Positions 12,901 to 26,800 are shown, counted from the first letter of the stretch. The stretch: 64,000 bases of DNA from Hormiphora californensis (GCA_020137815.1 CM035356.1:2356001-2420000); one strand, 5' to 3'. The notes: a model not told the origin generated them from the sequence alone. Translations and numbers: made by a program.

Positions 12901-14958
12901 ACACAGTGAAGCCCACCGTATACACATGATCTCGAAAGCTTCTCGTCAAATTTATTTTGACCTTTAGTACCATTATAAATCGTTGTCTGTCTTGTATAGA
13001 TGTTTACAACATCGGGACCGAGTTAATCGTTTCCCAGTAATATTCAACTGTTCGAGGCTTTAAACCGTGCACGTGCGGTATTTATATTTACACGTTATGC
13101 ATGTGTACAGACATGCAAACGATACGTGCACGACTTTGGGGGTGAACCAGTTGGAACAAAGGAGCTATATAACATAGACAATTGTGGAAGACGTTATTTT
13201 TTACGTAACCAGGAAAACGTTAGCATTTAGTTTTTATCAAATGCGACGTTAATCCATGTTAATGTCACGTCGGACCCCTCGATTTTACCGGCAAAACCCT
13301 ATCTCCCAAGCTTCCCGATAAATCAGGGTCCGACTGTAAATGCCCATTATAGTAGACTTTTAAGACTTTTAGCGCTATTAAATGCTTTCAAATACACTTA
13401 TATATTATTCTGTTGCTCTTTTAATCTGTAGTTCAGATTTCAGTTCAAATATGTCTGTTAACCTTATTTGCATTAATGGAATCCTTGTTTTTGATAATCG
13501 GTCTGGTATTCCCCTTGTAATTATACTATTTTATGCAGGTTTTATAATATTTCAACCAACCAACCATTAAAGGAAGTATTGATGTTGATTGGCGTCGTTG
13601 ATTGAAATCGTTTTTTTTCATGTTCGATTGAACAAATGATACAAAGTACAGAAAGGGCCCCATTAAAAAGATTTACGTTCAGAAAGGCTCCTATTCTGTC
13701 TGCTACACAAAACAGTACACCCTGCTTGTTTCCTAGTAGCCAGGGGAGGAATCAACATCCCCTGCTATGTCATAATTATTTATTTAATTTCCCCACCGAG
13801 GTCGAAAGATACATCTCCAAGGAACGGAGTTAGTTATTTGAATCCATTTACGGTAAAGGAGGATGGTCGAGCCAGATTTTCTTCACTGGAGGATTGTAAT
13901 TGCCCTGATTTTAAACGTCTCTACCAACACTGTAGTAACTTGATGCGAAGGCGGACGCGACGTAAAGCCATTTAATTGTACCACGTCATCAATGTTCATT
14001 ATGAGAAACCTAGCTATAACATATCTATTAATTGGATTGTTCACTTTGGGACCTCTCATAATTCGTTCTGCAGAGCAAGGTGAGTAACTTGTTGACTTGT
14101 CAACTTTTCGCTATCCTAAGATTCCTCTTTCCTCCCCTCCTTCTCCTGCTTCTATGTCATGAACTTAGAGAAATTGATGTCAATGACAAGCCCATAATGG
14201 CCCGGAGATCTCAGTTTATGGGGCCAGGAGGGGTATCTTACGTACATGGCTCATGGAGTTTGGGCATTGTGGTTTTCATTTTGACCTTGTCCAAGCTAAA
14301 CTATACAACTTTTCTCGACCAACTCAAGATATGTGTAGACGCGAGTATGTACCCTTTAGAAACAAGTGTAAGGTAGGGACTATAGTGGATACCTCATTGT
14401 GTTCCATTTCTGTCCCCAAATGTGCCAACTGCTATTAGTTTTTACATCTAGCACGGCGGGTATCAAATCGGCCCAATTGAAATTCAAAACAGCTACACCG
14501 CGGGCAGTAAAAAGCCCTTCTGGATCGCCTATAACAGGACTTGTCTTTACCCTCCCTCGTTCTCTTGGGATTAGTTCCTCAACAGCCTCACGGAGCCTCA
14601 CACACCTATTCTTTCCTGGCCACACTACCGGGTTCGAGTGTTTGTTAGTCATCATCCTTTACACCAAGAGTTAGTACTACAGGATAATATTCTACGCTAC
14701 ACTCAAGAGTTTCCGACTGTACGTCAATAGGATTGTGTGGAAGTAAATTGTGTGATTCGGTAATAAACAAAAAAAAAAAAAAAAAAAAAAAAAAATAAAA
14801 AAAAAAAAAAAAATTTTTTAAAAAAAAAAAAAACCCTCTCAAGGTGAGGTTGATAGGCAAGGGTGAAGCTGAACCGCATGGCACGGATGAAGTGCGAGGG
14901 ACAATTATATTGCATACCAGGTGGCTGATACTGTTTGCCTTCTTTTTTTTTTTTTTGG

Positions 14959-14990
<32 letters not shown>

Positions 14991-16208
14991 TTTTGTGCCA
15001 TATTTCATGTTCTTTTAATTTTATGATAGATAAATTTATGATAACTGCAGTAAATTAAAAACTGTAAAGAAAATGAGTTATGTTACTTCGTTTTGATTCT
15101 CCCAATAAATGAACAACTTACCGAGAACTTGGCGTCTAGCACCTGATAGACCCACTTACCGAGAAACTTGGGTCTAACCCGATAGACGACTTGAGGGGAA
15201 GAAATGAGAAACAACGATCCTCCCTTGAGCGTTTGACGTACCTTATTGATTAACAATATCGTACACAGTACACCCTGCACCTTTCTTATCCACCTGGGAG
15301 AGGGGAGATAAAGTAAGGGAGAGTGACGCCCTCGTACCCAACTTTTGTCTTGAGAGGAGGGACCTAATCCATGGTATACAACTGTTTCTCTAACTCAATT
15401 ATTAATCTCCAGAGTTATTAGCTAATTAACTGACTCCCCCTCCATTACCTCGGCGTGTGGTTGTTCCCCAATACTCATTGGTATCCGATAGTCAGCAGCC
15501 GGCATGTCATCTTCACTCTCCAACAACGCTACCAGCTCCTCTACAGTCATCTTCCTGGGGAGGGGGAGGGGTTGTGGGGGTTAGGGGTTGTGGGGGGAGA
15601 GAGGAATGCTCTCTTTCTGGCGGGGGGGGGGGGGGGGGTAAATTGTATAAGAGAGGAATACAGCGTTGTCATCTCTTTGGGAAGTCACGGAGGAGTCAAT
15701 TTGACTCAGTCGAGATAATCAGTTTTTCCTGAACTTACTTTGGAGCTGGGATATCGTCGTGAGTACAGATGTTGAGAAACACTTTTGTTTCTTCCTTGTT
15801 CTTCGTTTTGATACAAAATGAGGGCCTTGGCGCTACCTGGAATACAGGGGGGTTATCTGTATCTGAATCAGCAGGCTCTCTTGTGCGGCCTACCCGGTTC
15901 AATATAATCAAAATAATCGCAAAGATAGCGGGACACCCTGTACTACCCCAGTCTACTTATCAAAACCACACCTCGATATACGCACCTCGACCTGGTTGGT
16001 GGGTTGTTGTTGTTGCTGCTGTTGTTGTTCTCCCAGATTCACCTTGCTCATTAGAGAACTCCAAAACTCTTCGTCCTCTTTTGAGATATCCTCCTCAGGG
16101 TTTAGCAGCAGCTGGACGTAGAACATTGCTATAAAAATGGGGGGGGAGGATACCGTTACAGTAGAGGTGGGCCGGCGGAATAAGTAAGTTGTGCTGGGAT
16201 GTCGACAT
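9907..16208 (-). CDS. PIH1D1: PIH1 domain-containing protein 1, mirror copy
   Basis: Reverse complement of 23810-30080. The CS-domain exon reads EDRLILHAHPALYFLEVELPYNVIPMECGAQFDVDSHLLTIAL. Confidence 0.7.
11826..12718. mobile_element. Non-autonomous Tc1/mariner-pogo-like DNA element (mirror of 27276-28180)
   Basis: Terminal inverted repeat CAGTCGGACCCCGATTTAGGG with flanking TA; subterminal repeats of CCCTAAATCGGGG. Confidence 0.65.
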
Positions 16209-16418
16209 GGTACAGAGTACAGAGAGCTAGAGGTGGGGGTATGTTACAGAGAGGTGGGGGTATTATTTCGTTGTGCCGGGTTGTGTGGTAGTTTTGTAAG
16301 TTGATACATAAAATGAAACTTGTGAGGATGGTCCAGAATCCAGATGTTATTGTTAATTGTGGTAAGACGAGATAAAAAAAAGTCTTTTTAAAACATGCAG
16401 CCCAACTAAAACAACTTA

Positions 16419-17039
16419 CTAAACAGTTGCAATTTTAGGTTTCCCCACCTTCTTCATAATCCTCTCACCTGGCCTGTACAACAGATTATTCCCATACAAA
16501 CAAAACACACTATCCTCTATCACAAAAGAGAAGACAGTTCGTCTCTTGGGTACAACATGAGATTTGTCCTGTTTGTCTACCAATGTGAACGTGTTCATTG
16601 TTTCCATGGCAACAATACCACTCTTGTTCAGTAGAACCCGGTACCATGGTCTGGGTCACTGTAAGATAACAACCATGGAAATCCATCCGTGCAAATGTCG
16701 TTCCATTTTTCCGGAGACTCCCCCGCTAATGACACCAAACTGAATGTAGAGGTAGGATATCCTGGAATGTGATATCTCCACCTTTCACTTTGTTTATTTG
16801 GAGAGTCTTTCTCTCCTGTGATTCGAGAGAGGGGTTCTGAGGGCTGTGTTTGTGATGGGTGGAGTTGTAGGGATTATTCAGAAGATGTGAGAGTTGTTTG
16901 TTGTGATTATTGACCAGCCCTGCTGTCGCCAGAATCTGATTTGTAGGATGTGCAGCTTTGTATGTTTTGAAAGGAAGGATTTTGTAAAATAGAGTTGATG
17001 CACTCAAGGACGTCGCTTGTTGTTTCCTGCCATCGCCAT
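16419..17039 (-). CDS. POP4: RNase P/MRP subunit p29, mirror copy
   Basis: C-terminus ETMNTFTLVDKQDKSHVVPKRRTVFSF...LYGNNLLYRPGERIMKK is intact in this arm. Confidence 0.8.
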
Positions 17040-17175
17040 CGTCTACAATGGATTTAATGGTGTTATGTTAGAAGAAAGACACTTCAAAACCAAATATTTT
17101 AAACGGATTAAAAACGTCAATAAATAAGATACCTTACTCTCCCCACAATATATGTTTTTAAAAAGAAACAAATAT

Positions 17176-17929
17176 TCAGACATTAACTCCGTCTTCTCCC
17201 AAACTTATCACCAATAATATCACAGTGTAACACTTCCAAAACTTTCTTCTTTCTCTTTGTCTCCTCATCCACAGTGGATGTCCACACAATTGTGGACCCC
17301 TTTCTATACACACGGCAGGTTCTCCATTGTAAATGTCAAAAACCAACTCTGAAAACATATCTCATTCTTGTCAGCTGAAAAAGAGTCCGTTTAAAAAACC
17401 GTTTTTTCTCTATGCTCCGCCTCCTGTGTGGTCAGTCCTCCCTTTTGTACGAGGGTCCAGAAACAGGTATTGAAAAGGTGTTATATTGCAGTCCCGCCTG
17501 CCTCAATTCAGGTATTTCTCAACATCGCTGCCGTCGGTAAGAATAACTCGCCATACAAACTATGGTGCGGGCTTTTTCAGCGGTGTGGAGCAGAATTTGG
17601 ACCAGTTAAAAACATAGTGACCGGTGAACATTGAACACAGTAGATATGATTTTACTTGCTCGTCTACTGTACAACGTTGATGTCCTTTTAAAAACAAAAC
17701 TAAACTCATCACTCTGCCCATACGCAAGGAAAATATCCTGAAGGTCCGACATGACACCTTTAGCTGCACATGTCATCAGGTCCAGAGCAGGCTTGTCGTT
17801 AGGTTTAGTAAAGTTGTGGTCCTCCGTAACTTGGAAGCCCTTCATCAGTCTGAACGACCACCAAAACATTCTCAGCATCCGGTCATCCAGTTCATAGAGC
17901 CGACACTTACCAAACTTGCTATTCGCCAC
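17176..17929 (-). CDS. THG1L: tRNA-His guanylyltransferase, mirror copy
   Basis: Contains [12 protein letters not shown]; indel-broken. Confidence 0.85.
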
Positions 17930-18300
17930 TAAACTGTAAGAAGTTAGTTGACTAATTAGCTTTACTAAAGGTCTTGTTCACATGTTAAAACATCTTGGTT
18001 GGCAGTTAAGTTCCAAACGAGCCTGGATCTCGGGTTTCCGTTTAAAGAGATTGAGATTGGTTTTAAACTTTTTGCATTTTTGACTTTTTTATTTTTTATT
18101 AAAAAAGTTTGAAAGTTTTGCAGCGAACGCGTACGGCGCAACAAAAACTCGCATTTTTTAAATGCAAGCGCATAAAAAAATGACCAGCAGTAGCTCTTTT
18201 AAGAAATTTTACCAAGCAACTGTCTTTTTTAAACACACTTTTTAGCTCTCTTTCTTGGCCTAAAGGAGCCTCCAGGTGCCTCCAGCCTCCAGGAGACCCA

Positions 18301-18361
18301 CCGAAGCGACCAGAAGTAAGGGACCTACCGGCGGTGGGTCCCTTACTTCTGGTCGCTTCGG
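18301..18361. repeat. 61-bp hairpin (30-bp stem); mirrored at about 21665-21728
   Basis: CCGAAGCGACCAGAAGTAAGGGACC-t-ACCG-g-CGGT-g-GGTCCCTTACTTCTGGTCGCTTCGG. Confidence 0.85.
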
Positions 18362-18979
18362 CTACCGCTACTGCGCATGACTCCTACTCCGGACTGTCAG
18401 TGCAATGCCTGACCATTTTCCTCGCTCCAAGATAGGCCGAAACGCTCAGGGAGATGTCTGACAGGCTTTGGGCAGTGGGCGTCTCATACATAAAATCACA
18501 GTTGATATCTATTTGCTGTGTTAGTCTTTTATTGTCTCCTGTGAGTCTTCTGGGGGCCTTTGAACTTTTTTGTAAACCCTTCTTAAAGCCACTGCCCACT
18601 ACGCACAAACTAGTTGCTCCAGACTCCTGTGAGCCAAGTCTCTCGATAAAACACTGAGATATGGTATTGGGTGTAACTTTTAAATGTTTTAGTACAAATG
18701 TCAGTTTCCTACTTTGGTAAGAAAATTACCCCTTCCGTGCAAGCTACAAATGAGTGCTTCGTAATCAAGTTCCTCCTAGACCTCTCGGCCTCCCAATTTG
18801 CTTGGTGATTACCATCCCTATTAAATGCTTCGCGGGCTTCGTTTTTGTCACGCGTGCTGCTAGTGGTAGGTGTGACTGCATCACCAACCCTATTGCTACT
18901 GATTATTGTTGCATAAAATGTACTGGTGGACTATGATCCCTGATCGGTTTAATTGCAATTTTCATAAGAGGGTTTTTTT

Positions 18980-19122
18980 GGATTTTTTGAAGTTGTCACC
19001 CCCCTTTTCGTGCGCGGAATTGTTTTTGCGCGTCCATCACATGTTAACTGTGGGTGGTGCGCGTCAAAATGATAAATTTCACATGCGCGGATCATTTTGG
19101 GGTGGACAACTTCAAAAATCCG
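18980..19122. mobile_element. About 143-bp MITE (family also at about 20925-21065, 33231-33373 and a noisy copy near 4170-4310)
   Basis: TIR GGATTTTTTGAAGTTGTCACCCC ... GGGGTG(G)ACAACTTCAAAAATCC. Confidence 0.75.
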
Positions 19123-22090
19123 CTATATATGAACAGCGTCCTCAATAATCCATTGTTAGAAACTATTGACAACATATAATTATCGAATCATTTGACAACA
19201 CTCTAACCAAAGCTCACTTGCCCTCACAAACTATTTTCGTCATTAAGCTATCTTTTTGATCCAAATGATCTCCACTTCCAATATCACTGCAATATCGGGT
19301 TATATCCCCTCAAATATTAACTATAATAACTCCATTACCTTGTTTCAATGTGTACCCCTCTCCTTTTAGCAATCTTTGTGTAGAATGCTTTCTACTGTTT
19401 GTGACAAAAGGTATTCAACAAGCAGGGAGAGTTTCTAGTTGGTACGTTTATAAAATTCAATTTTTGGTGTCGTTATCACCAATTTGTTTATACTTTATGG
19501 GTTCCCCGTTTAGAATGACCTAGATGGGGGCGAGAGGTGATTGAATAAATGTGAAATAGAGGGCATTGTAAACATTATAGTGCTGTAAGGGGGGGCCGTG
19601 CCTAATAAACATGTGTGCCGCTGTCACAATAACGTCAGAATTATATTAGGGCTTATTTTACAATTTAGCGACTTATATTTACAATTTACATGATTTAGTA
19701 TTCTGTCCTCAAGAGCAGGGAATGCTTTTTCTAAGCCTTAGAGTATGCCAGTTCATCATAAGACGTTATAACAGTGTGGGGGCTGGATAGTATCAATAGA
19801 AAAATACGAGATTAGAAAACCGATGGGGAGGGGAGAAAATAGTGGATATTTCACATTCATTCTTCATTCACTTAACAGTAATCGTTCAAGATTAAACGTG
19901 ATAGGTCGATATAAATATGGTTGCATGACAGTGTAGTGAATAGTGTAAGAACCGAATATACTGCTGCAGTGTTCCTCATGTCTCCTTAATTTCACTGTTC
20001 GCCAGACAAATGTTAAATTCTCTACATTTGGTCGGCGAACAGTGAAATTAAGGAGACATGTAGGGAACACTGCAGAAGTACTATTCGTGTTCTACCTATG
20101 TCCTACCACTGACATGCAACCCTATGTATATATTCGACTATCACGTGTTAATCTTGAACAGTTACTGTGTGAAATGAAAGAATGAAGTGAAAATATCACT
20201 ATTTTCTCCCCTCCCCATCGTTTCTAATCTCGTTATTTTATCTTTTGACTATCCAAGCCCCACACTGTAATAACCGTCTTTGAGTAACTGCATACTCGGA
20301 AGGTCTTAGAAAAGCGATTCCCCTGCTCTGAGGACAGAATACTAAATCATGTAAATTGTAAATATAAGTCGCTAAATTGTAAATAGCCCTAATATAAATT
20401 CTGACCTTATTGTGACAGCGGCACACATTTTTTAGGCACGGCCCCCTTACAGCCTATATGTTCAAGCCCTCTATTCACATTTTATTACTCACCTCTCGCC
20501 CCCATCTAGGTCATTCTAAACGGGGAACAAGCATAAGAGTTAAACAAATGCTGATAACGACCACCAAAATGGAATTTATAAACGTACCACTAGAAACTCC
20601 TCGCTTGTTGAAATACCTTTTGTCACAAAACGAGATAGATAAGCATTCCACAAATTGCTAAAAGGGAGGGGTAAACATTGAAACAAGGTAATGGAGTTAT
20701 TATTAGTTAATTATTTGATTGGGATATAACCCGAATCTTGCAGTGATATTGGAATGGAGATCATTGGATCAAAAAGCATAGCTAATTGACTAATAATAGT
20801 TTGTGAGGGCACAGTGAAGCTTGGGTGTCTAACGTGTTGTCAATAATGGATCGATAATTTTATGATTCTTGTCAATTAGTTGAATCTACCATGCGATTAT
20901 GAGAAACTGTTCATATATATAGTCGAATTTTTTGAAGTTCACCCCAAAAGTTCCGACGCATGTGAATTTCTCAATTTTGACGCGCACACCACACGTTAAC
21001 ATGTGATTGTGACGCGCAAAACCATTCGCGCACGAAAAAGGGGTGTGACAACTTCAAAAAATCCGACTTTATTGCAATTAAACCCGATCATGGATCATAT
21101 GTACCAGACATTTTATGCAACAATAATAGTATGCAAATGGGTTGGTGATGCAGTCACCCCTCCACTAGCAGCCGCGTGACAAACGAAGCCCGCGAAGCAT
21201 TTAAAGGGGAATGGTATAACCAAGCAAAGTTGGTGAGGCCGAAGAGGTTTCTATGGGAACTTGAATTACGAAGTCACCATTTGTAAAGCTTTGCACGGAG
21301 GGGTAATTTCATTACCAATAAGGAACTTGACATTGTACGAAAACATTAAAAGTTCACACACCAATACCATATCTCAGACTGTTTTATCGAGAGACTTGGC
21401 TATAAGGAGTCTGGTAACGCAACTATTTGTGCGTGTGGGCAGTGGCTGTAAGAGGGTTTTCAAAAAAGTAAAGGCCCCCAGAAGGACTCACAGGAGACAA
21501 ATAAAAGACTAACACAGCCAATATATACAACTGTGATTTTTATGTATGAGAGCCCGACTGCCAAAGCCTGTCAGACTCTCCCCTGAGCGTTTCGGCTATC
21601 TGGAGCGAGGAAAATGTCAGGCATTGCGCTACACCGGAAGTAGGATGTCATGCCCAGTAGCGTAGCCGAGCGACCCGAAGTAAAGGGACCCACCGCCGTT
21701 AGGTACCCTTACTTCTGGTGCGATCGGTGAGTCTCCGGAGTGCTGGAGGCACCTGGAGGTCTCCTTTAGCAAGAGAAGAGCGAAAAAGTGGTTTAACAAA
21801 AGACAGTTGCTTGGTAAAATTTCTTAAAGAGCTCTGGCTGGTCATTTTTATGCGCTGCATTTTAAAAATGCGCGTTTTTGTTGCGCCGCGCGTTCGCTGC
21901 AAAACTTTTCAAACTTTTTTAAAAAATAAAAAAGTCAAAAAATGTCAAAAAAGTTTAAAACAGATCTCAGATCTCTTTAAACGGAAACCCGAGATCCAGG
22001 CTCGTTTGGAACTTAACTGCCAACCAAGATGTTTTAACATGTGAACAAGACCTTTAGTAAAGTAATTAGTCAACTAAATTCTTACAGCTT

Positions 22091-22848
22091 ATGGCGAAAA
22101 GCAAGTTTGAGTACGTTCGGCTCTATGAACTGGATGACCGGATGCTGAAGAATGTTTGGATGGTCGTCAGACTTGATGGAAAGGGCTTCCACAAGTTTAC
22201 GGAGGACCACAACCTTACTAAACCTAACGACAAGCCTGCTCTGGACCTGATGACATGTGCAGCTAAAGGTGTCATGTCGGACCTTCAGGATATTTTCCTT
22301 GCGTATGGGCAGAGTGATGAGTTTAGTTTTGTTTTTAAAAGGACATCAAACGTATTGTACAGTAGTACGTGACACGAGTAAATCTATATACTGTGGTTCA
22401 ATGTTCACCGGTCACTATGTTTTTAACTGGTCCCCCCCCCCAACCATATCTGCTCCACACGGCGAAAGCCCGCCTAGTTTTGATGGTCGAGTTATTCTGT
22501 ACCGACGGAGCGGGATTTGAGAAACTACCTGAATTGGAGGCAGGCGGACTGCCATATAAACAACCTTTCAATACCTGTTTCTGGACCCTCTACAAAGGGA
22601 GGACTGACCACACAGGAGCGAGGAAACGGTTAAACGGATCTTTTTCAGCTGACAAGAATGAGATTATGTTTTCAGAGTTTGGTTTGAATTACAATGATGA
22701 ACCTGCTGTGTATAGAAAGGGGTCCACAATTGTGTGGACATCCACTGTGGATGAGGAGACAAAGAGAAAGAAGAAAGTTTTGGAAGTGTTACACTGTGAT
22801 ATTATTGGTGATAAGTTTTGGGAGGAACGACCGGAGTTAATTGTCTGA
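22091..22848 (+). CDS. THG1L: tRNA-His guanylyltransferase Thg1, intronless, frameshifts probably sequencing errors
   Basis: [97 protein letters not shown]. Confidence 0.93.
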
Positions 22849-22973
22849 ATATTATGTTTCTTTTTATTTTAATTATGAGTATCTTATTTATTGACGTTTT
22901 TTTAATCCGTTAAAAATATTTGGTTTTGAAGTGTCTTTCTTCTAACATAACACCATTAAATCCATTGTAGACG

Positions 22974-23599
22974 ATGGCGATGGCAGGAAACAACAAGCGA
23001 CGTCTTGAGGACATCAACTCTAATTTTACAAAATCCTTCCTTTTCAAAACAATACAAGCTGCACATCCTACAAAATCAGATCTGGCGACAGCAGGGCTGG
23101 TCAATAATCACATCAAAACCAACTCTCACATCTTCCTGAATAATCCCTACAAACCTCCACCCATCAAACACAAGCCCTCGAAACACCCTCTCTCGAACAA
23201 GGAGAGAAAGACTCTCCAAATAAACAAAGTGAAAGGTGGAGATATCACATTCCAGGATATCCTTCCTCTACATTCAGTTTGGTGTCAGTATGCGGGGGAG
23301 TTCCGGAACAAAATGGACGACATTGCACGGATGGATTTCCATGGTTGTTATCTTACAGTGACCCAGACCATGGTACGGTCTCTAACTGAACCAAGGAGTG
23401 GTATTTGTTGCCATGAGAAAACAATGAACACGTTCACATGGTGGACAAACATGACATCTCTACTGTTGTACCAGAGACCGAACTGTCTTTTCTTTTGTGA
23501 TTAGAGGATAGTGTTTTGTTTGTATGGGAAAATTGATTGTACAGGCCAGGTGAGAGGATTATGAAGAAGGTGGGGAAACCTAAAATTGCAACTGTTTAG
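22974..23599 (+). CDS. POP4: Ribonuclease P/MRP protein subunit p29 (Rpp29), intronless
   Basis: LPLHSVWCQY, ARMDFHGCYLTV and TMNTF here; the frameshifted C-terminus (VVPK, LYGNNLLYRPGER) is recovered by comparing the two arms. Confidence 0.85.
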
Positions 23600-23809
23600 T
23601 ATTGTTTTAGTGGGCTGCTGTTTTAAAAAGACTTTTTTATTATCTTCGTCTGACACAATTAAATAATCATCTGGATTTCTGGCCATCCTCACATTTTCAT
23701 TTATGTATCAACTTTACAAAACTTACCACACAACCCGGCACAAACTTTGAATGTAATACCCCACCTCTCTGTAACATACCCCCACCTCTAGCTCTCTGTA
23801 CTCTGTAGC

Positions 23810-26800
23810 ATGTCGACATCCCAGCACAACTTACTTATTCCCCGGCCCCACCTCTCTGTAACGTATCCTCCCCCCCCATTTTATAGCATGTCTACGTCCC
23901 AGCTGCTGCTAAACCCTGAGGAGGATATCTCAAAAGAGGACGAAGAGTTTTGGAGTTCTCTAATGAGCAAGGTGAATCTGGGAGAACAACAACAGCAGCA
24001 ACAACAACAACCCACCAACCAGGTCGAGGTGCGTATATCGAGGTGTGGTTTTGATAAGTAGACTGGGGTAGTACAGGGTGTCCCGCTATCTTTGCGATTA
24101 TTTTGATTATATTGAACCGGGTAGGCCGCACAAGAGAGCCTGCTGATTCAGATACAGATAACCCCCCTGTATTCCAGGTAGCGCCAAAGCCCTCATTTTG
24201 TATCAAAACGAAGAACGTTGAAGAAACAAAGTGTTTTCTCAAAAATAAATTTTAATAACTAAAAAAAAAATATCCTGTACTCAGACGAGTATCCCCCAGC
24301 TCCAAAGTAAGTTCAGGACAACATTATCTGACTGAGTCAAATTGACTCCTCCGTGACTTCCAAGAGATGACACGCTGTATTCCTCTCTTATACATTTTTT
24401 TATTTTTTTTTTGTTTTTAAGTTTTTGTAAAACAACTTGAGACCCCCACCCCCCCCCCCGCCAGAAAGGAGAGCATTCCTCTCTCCCGCCACAACCCCTA
24501 ACCCCACAACCCTCCTCCCCTCCCCAGAAGATACTGTAGAGGAGCTGGGTAGCGTTGTTGGAGAGTGAAGATGGACATGAGCGGCATGTGACTATCGTAT
24601 ACAATGATATTGGGGAACAACACACAGCGCAGCGGGTATGGAGGGGAGTCAGTAATTAGTAATAACTCTGGAGATTATATGAGTTAGAGAAACGTTGTAT
24701 ACCATGGATTAGGTCCCTCCTCTCAAGACAAAAGTTGGGTACGAGGGCGTCACTCTCCTTACTTTATCCCCCTTCTCCCAGGTCGATAAGAAAGGTGCAG
24801 GGTGTACCGTGTACGATATTGTTATCAATACTGGGTACGTCAAAACGCTCAAGGAGGAGTCGGTGTTTCTCAATTTCTTCCTTCAAGTCGTCTATCAGGG
24901 GTTGACAGTCCGTAAGGGTTCAGGTGCTGGTAGTCCGAAGTCTTCCGGTGACGCAAGTTTGCGAAGATGTTCATTATTGGGAAATCAAAACGGAAGTAAC
25001 ATAACTCATTTTCTTACGTTTTTGAATTACTTGCAGTTTCCATAAATTTATCTATCATAAAATTAAAAGAACATGAAATATGGCACATTTACAGCCCACA
25101 GTATCAGCCACCTGGTATGCAATATAATTGTCCCTCGCCACTTCATCGTGCCATGCGGTTCAGCTTCACCCTAATGCATATCAACCTCCACCTTACCGAA
25201 TCACAATTTCTTCCACACATCCTTTTGACGTCAGTTCGGAAAACTCTTGAGTGTAGCGTAGAATATTATCCTGTAGTACAACTCCTTGGTGTAAAGGATA
25301 AATAACAAACCTCACGAACCGGTAAGTGTGACCAAAAGATAAGTTGTGGAAGTGCCCGTGCAGGGCTGTTTGAGGAATAATCCAAAGAGAACGAGAGGAG
25401 TGTAAAGACAATGTCTGTATGGCGATCCGGGAAAGGCTTTTACGCCCGCCGGTGTACTGTTTGATTTCAAATTGGCCAGATTTGATAACCCGCCTTGCTA
25501 GATGTAAACCAAATAATAGCGTTGGCAATTGTGGACAGAAATGGAACCACAATGATGTAGCACTATATTCCTACATACCCACTTGTTCTAACAGGTACAT
25601 ACTCGCGTCTACACATAATCTGTAGTTGGCGTACCGTAGGAAAGTTTGTATAGTTAGGCTTGGACAAGGGCTAAATGACAAACCACAATGCCCAAACTCC
25701 ATGAGTCCTATGACGTAGAGATACCCTCAGGCCCATAAAACTGAGTCTCCGGGCATTATGGGCTTGTGCACTTACATCAATTTCTCTAAGTTCAGTGAAC
25801 ATAGAAAAGCAGAAAGGAGGGAGGACAAGGAGGAATCTTAGGATAGCCGAAAAGTTGACAAGTCAACAACGTCTAACTTGCTTCTTGCAGACGAATATAA
25901 TGAGAGGTCCAAAGTTGACCAATCCACATAATAGGATTTCTTATAGCTAGGTTCCTCATTAATTGAAACATTGTATACTCTACAAAAAGGCTTTTACGTC
26001 GCTGTCGCCCAATACTACAGTGTTGTGTTAGAGAACGTTTAAAATCAGGGCAATTACAATCCATCCTTAGTAAGAAAATCTGCTCCGCCCAATCCTCCTT
26101 TTACCGTAATGGCAATTCAATAACATAACTCCCGTTCCTGGAGATGTCCCATCTCGACTCGGTGGGGAAATTAATAAATAATTATGACATAGAGGTGGAG
26201 TTGATTCCTCCCCTGCTATAGAAACAAGCAACAGGGTGTACTGTGTAGCAGACACGAATAGGAGCCTTTCTGAACGTAAAATCTTTTAAAGGGACCCTCT
26301 GTTACTTGTATCATTTGTCAAGCGACATGAAATAAAAAGATTTTTCACGACGCCAATCAACATCAATCTTCTCTTTTAATGGTTGGGTTGGTGAAATAGT
26401 TATAAAAACCTGACATAATAATGGTATAATACAAGGGGAATACCAGACCGATTATCAAAAACAAGATTCCCATATGTTCAAATATATGTTACTACGGTAC
26501 ATATTTGAACTACGTAAAGATCTGAAATACAGATTATACAAGTGAGCAACTGAGATCATAAATCATAATAGGCAGTGTAATTTGAAGCCATGTTAAATAG
26601 CGCTAAAAGTCTTAGATAAGTCTCTAACGTTATATTGGGCGATTTACAGTCGGACCTCTGATTTATCGGGAAGCTTGGTATGCAGGTGGTGATTTGCCCG
26701 TAAATCAGGGGGTCCTGACGTTGGTACATTAAACAGTCGGATTAAGCTACGCATTTGATAAAAACTAAATGCTAACGTTTTCTGGGTTACGTAAAAATAA

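Noticed and set aside
14765-14995. Poly(A)/poly(T) tracts as retroposon tails
   Set aside because: Absent at the mirrored position (about 25085-25200); they look like base-calling smears.
18380-18940. Divergent gene upstream of THG1L
   Set aside because: Coding-like composition, but frames disagree between arms and I recognise no motif.
16419-23599. THG1L and POP4 as pseudogenes or programmed frameshift genes
   Set aside because: Frameshifts fall at different places in the two arms and complement each other, as expected for read errors.
23985-24012. Poly-Q (CAA/CAG) tract in PIH1D1
   Set aside because: Short low-complexity linker; ordinary.
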